Of a stretch of 64,000 nt of DNA, positions 62,975 to 64,000 are shown piece by piece. The translations under genes and the position numbers were made by a program. Numbering within the stretch: position 1 is the first letter of the stretch; every line of letters starts with the position of its first letter. Under the pieces are notes generated by a model. The model was not told where the DNA came from. It was given only the letters and a program-made list of their open reading frames with translations, and made no database searches. The stretch lies in NCBI RefSeq assembly GCF_004010195.1, contig NC_057753.1, forward strand, positions 1,881,243 through 1,945,242, in the 5' to 3' direction. The DNA comes from Chiloscyllium plagiosum (Eukaryota).

Positions 62975-63882
62975 CTATTTTGAAAATTTACACACTAATA
63001 TCAGGGGAAATTTTACCAAATTCTTTAACTGTTCTCTGAATTTACTTTGGGTCCCTGCATAAATAAATGGGTTGACGCAGGAACTCAAAAGCTGAAGCAT
63101 GAACCCACCCTCGTCGAGAATAAAATTTGAATCATTGTAATTTGAACCTGAGAAATAACTGATTTTTGCAAATTGTACATAAAGGAAATTCAGGAAAAAC
63201 AACAAATATGACAGGAGGAAACTGCCCGAGATGGCAAAGAGTAATGCAATGGACTTCTGCCGTTTTGTCATCTCTGGGTCGCTGTGATTTTCCCCGTTGC
63301 TACTGATCCGGAGTCTCTTTCGGATTCTACTGGCCGATAGGACATGCCTGACAATGAGTGCATTGAACAACAAAATCAGAATGAATGGAAAACAAGGATT
63401 TAGAATTGCTATGATCCACTCAAATGCAACCCAATAGGGTGACGTATAATATATTGATTTGACGCTGCAATACCAAGGTACATTGTTAATTATAAAGTTT
63501 GGCTCATAGGCAAAGTACAAGGGAACGTTACTGATAAAGCTCAGAACGCAGGTAGTTGCTATAACCACAGATGCTACTCTCTCAGTACAATATTTCATTT
63601 TCAGTTTCTGGCAACAAATGGCAACGAATCGATCAAAGGTGAAAGTGACAGTTACCCAGACAGAAGAATCTCTGACTCCATAACATATCACAAGACTGGA
63701 ACTAAAGACCGGGGTGATGAACAGGAATGTCATTGGGAAATAAATACCCACAATCCGGTTTAATACGACAGCTGTGATAATGACCAGTAGATCCGTTACC
63801 GCCATGGAAATCAGGTAATATGCAATGCATTTGGATAGACCGCATCTCTCTCGTGACAGGATAGCAATTACTGAAAGGTTAG
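62975..63882 (-). CDS. GPR139-like gene 2, exon 2 (908 nt); exon 1 is outside the window
   Basis: Same acceptor (ctttctcatag|CTAACCTTTCAGTA) and identical exon length. Open frame NLSVIAILSRERCGLSKCIAYYLISMAVTD..DRF..VNPFIY; 203/276 residues identical to gene 1 by hand count, no indels. Confidence 0.92.
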
Positions 63883-64000
63883 CTATGAGAAAGAGATATA
63901 ATGAGTGAAAACATCATATTGATAAATGTAGATAAAGCCAAAGAGAGGCACAAATTGTCATTTGGAAAAGCTCAACTTCTGGAAGCAATTGCAAAGACAG

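Overview
Repeat-rich eukaryotic DNA, most likely from a shark or other cartilaginous fish (inferred from HE1/V-SINE-like SINEs, shark-type CR1 LINEs and Penelope-like repeats). The only host genes I can support form a minus-strand tandem cluster of two-exon class A GPCRs resembling GPR139/GPR142. One gene is complete (exon 1 24061-24130 plus exon 2 21485-22392, 325 aa). A second has an intact exon 2 (62975-63882) and its exon 1 lies beyond the window. A 107-bp 3' remnant of a third copy (54045-54151) is absent from the ORF track. Shared flanks show the window is built from three old tandem duplication units and predict another copy left of base 1. The rest is mobile DNA: many CR1 LINEs, two Gmr1-like LTR retrotransposons with integrase before RT, Penelope-like elements carrying hammerhead-ribozyme-like motifs, SINEs and a probable MITE. 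An assembly gap appears to separate the empty and filled alleles of a CR1 insertion. All alignments were made by eye; repeat boundaries are approximate and family names come from recalled motifs, not database searches.
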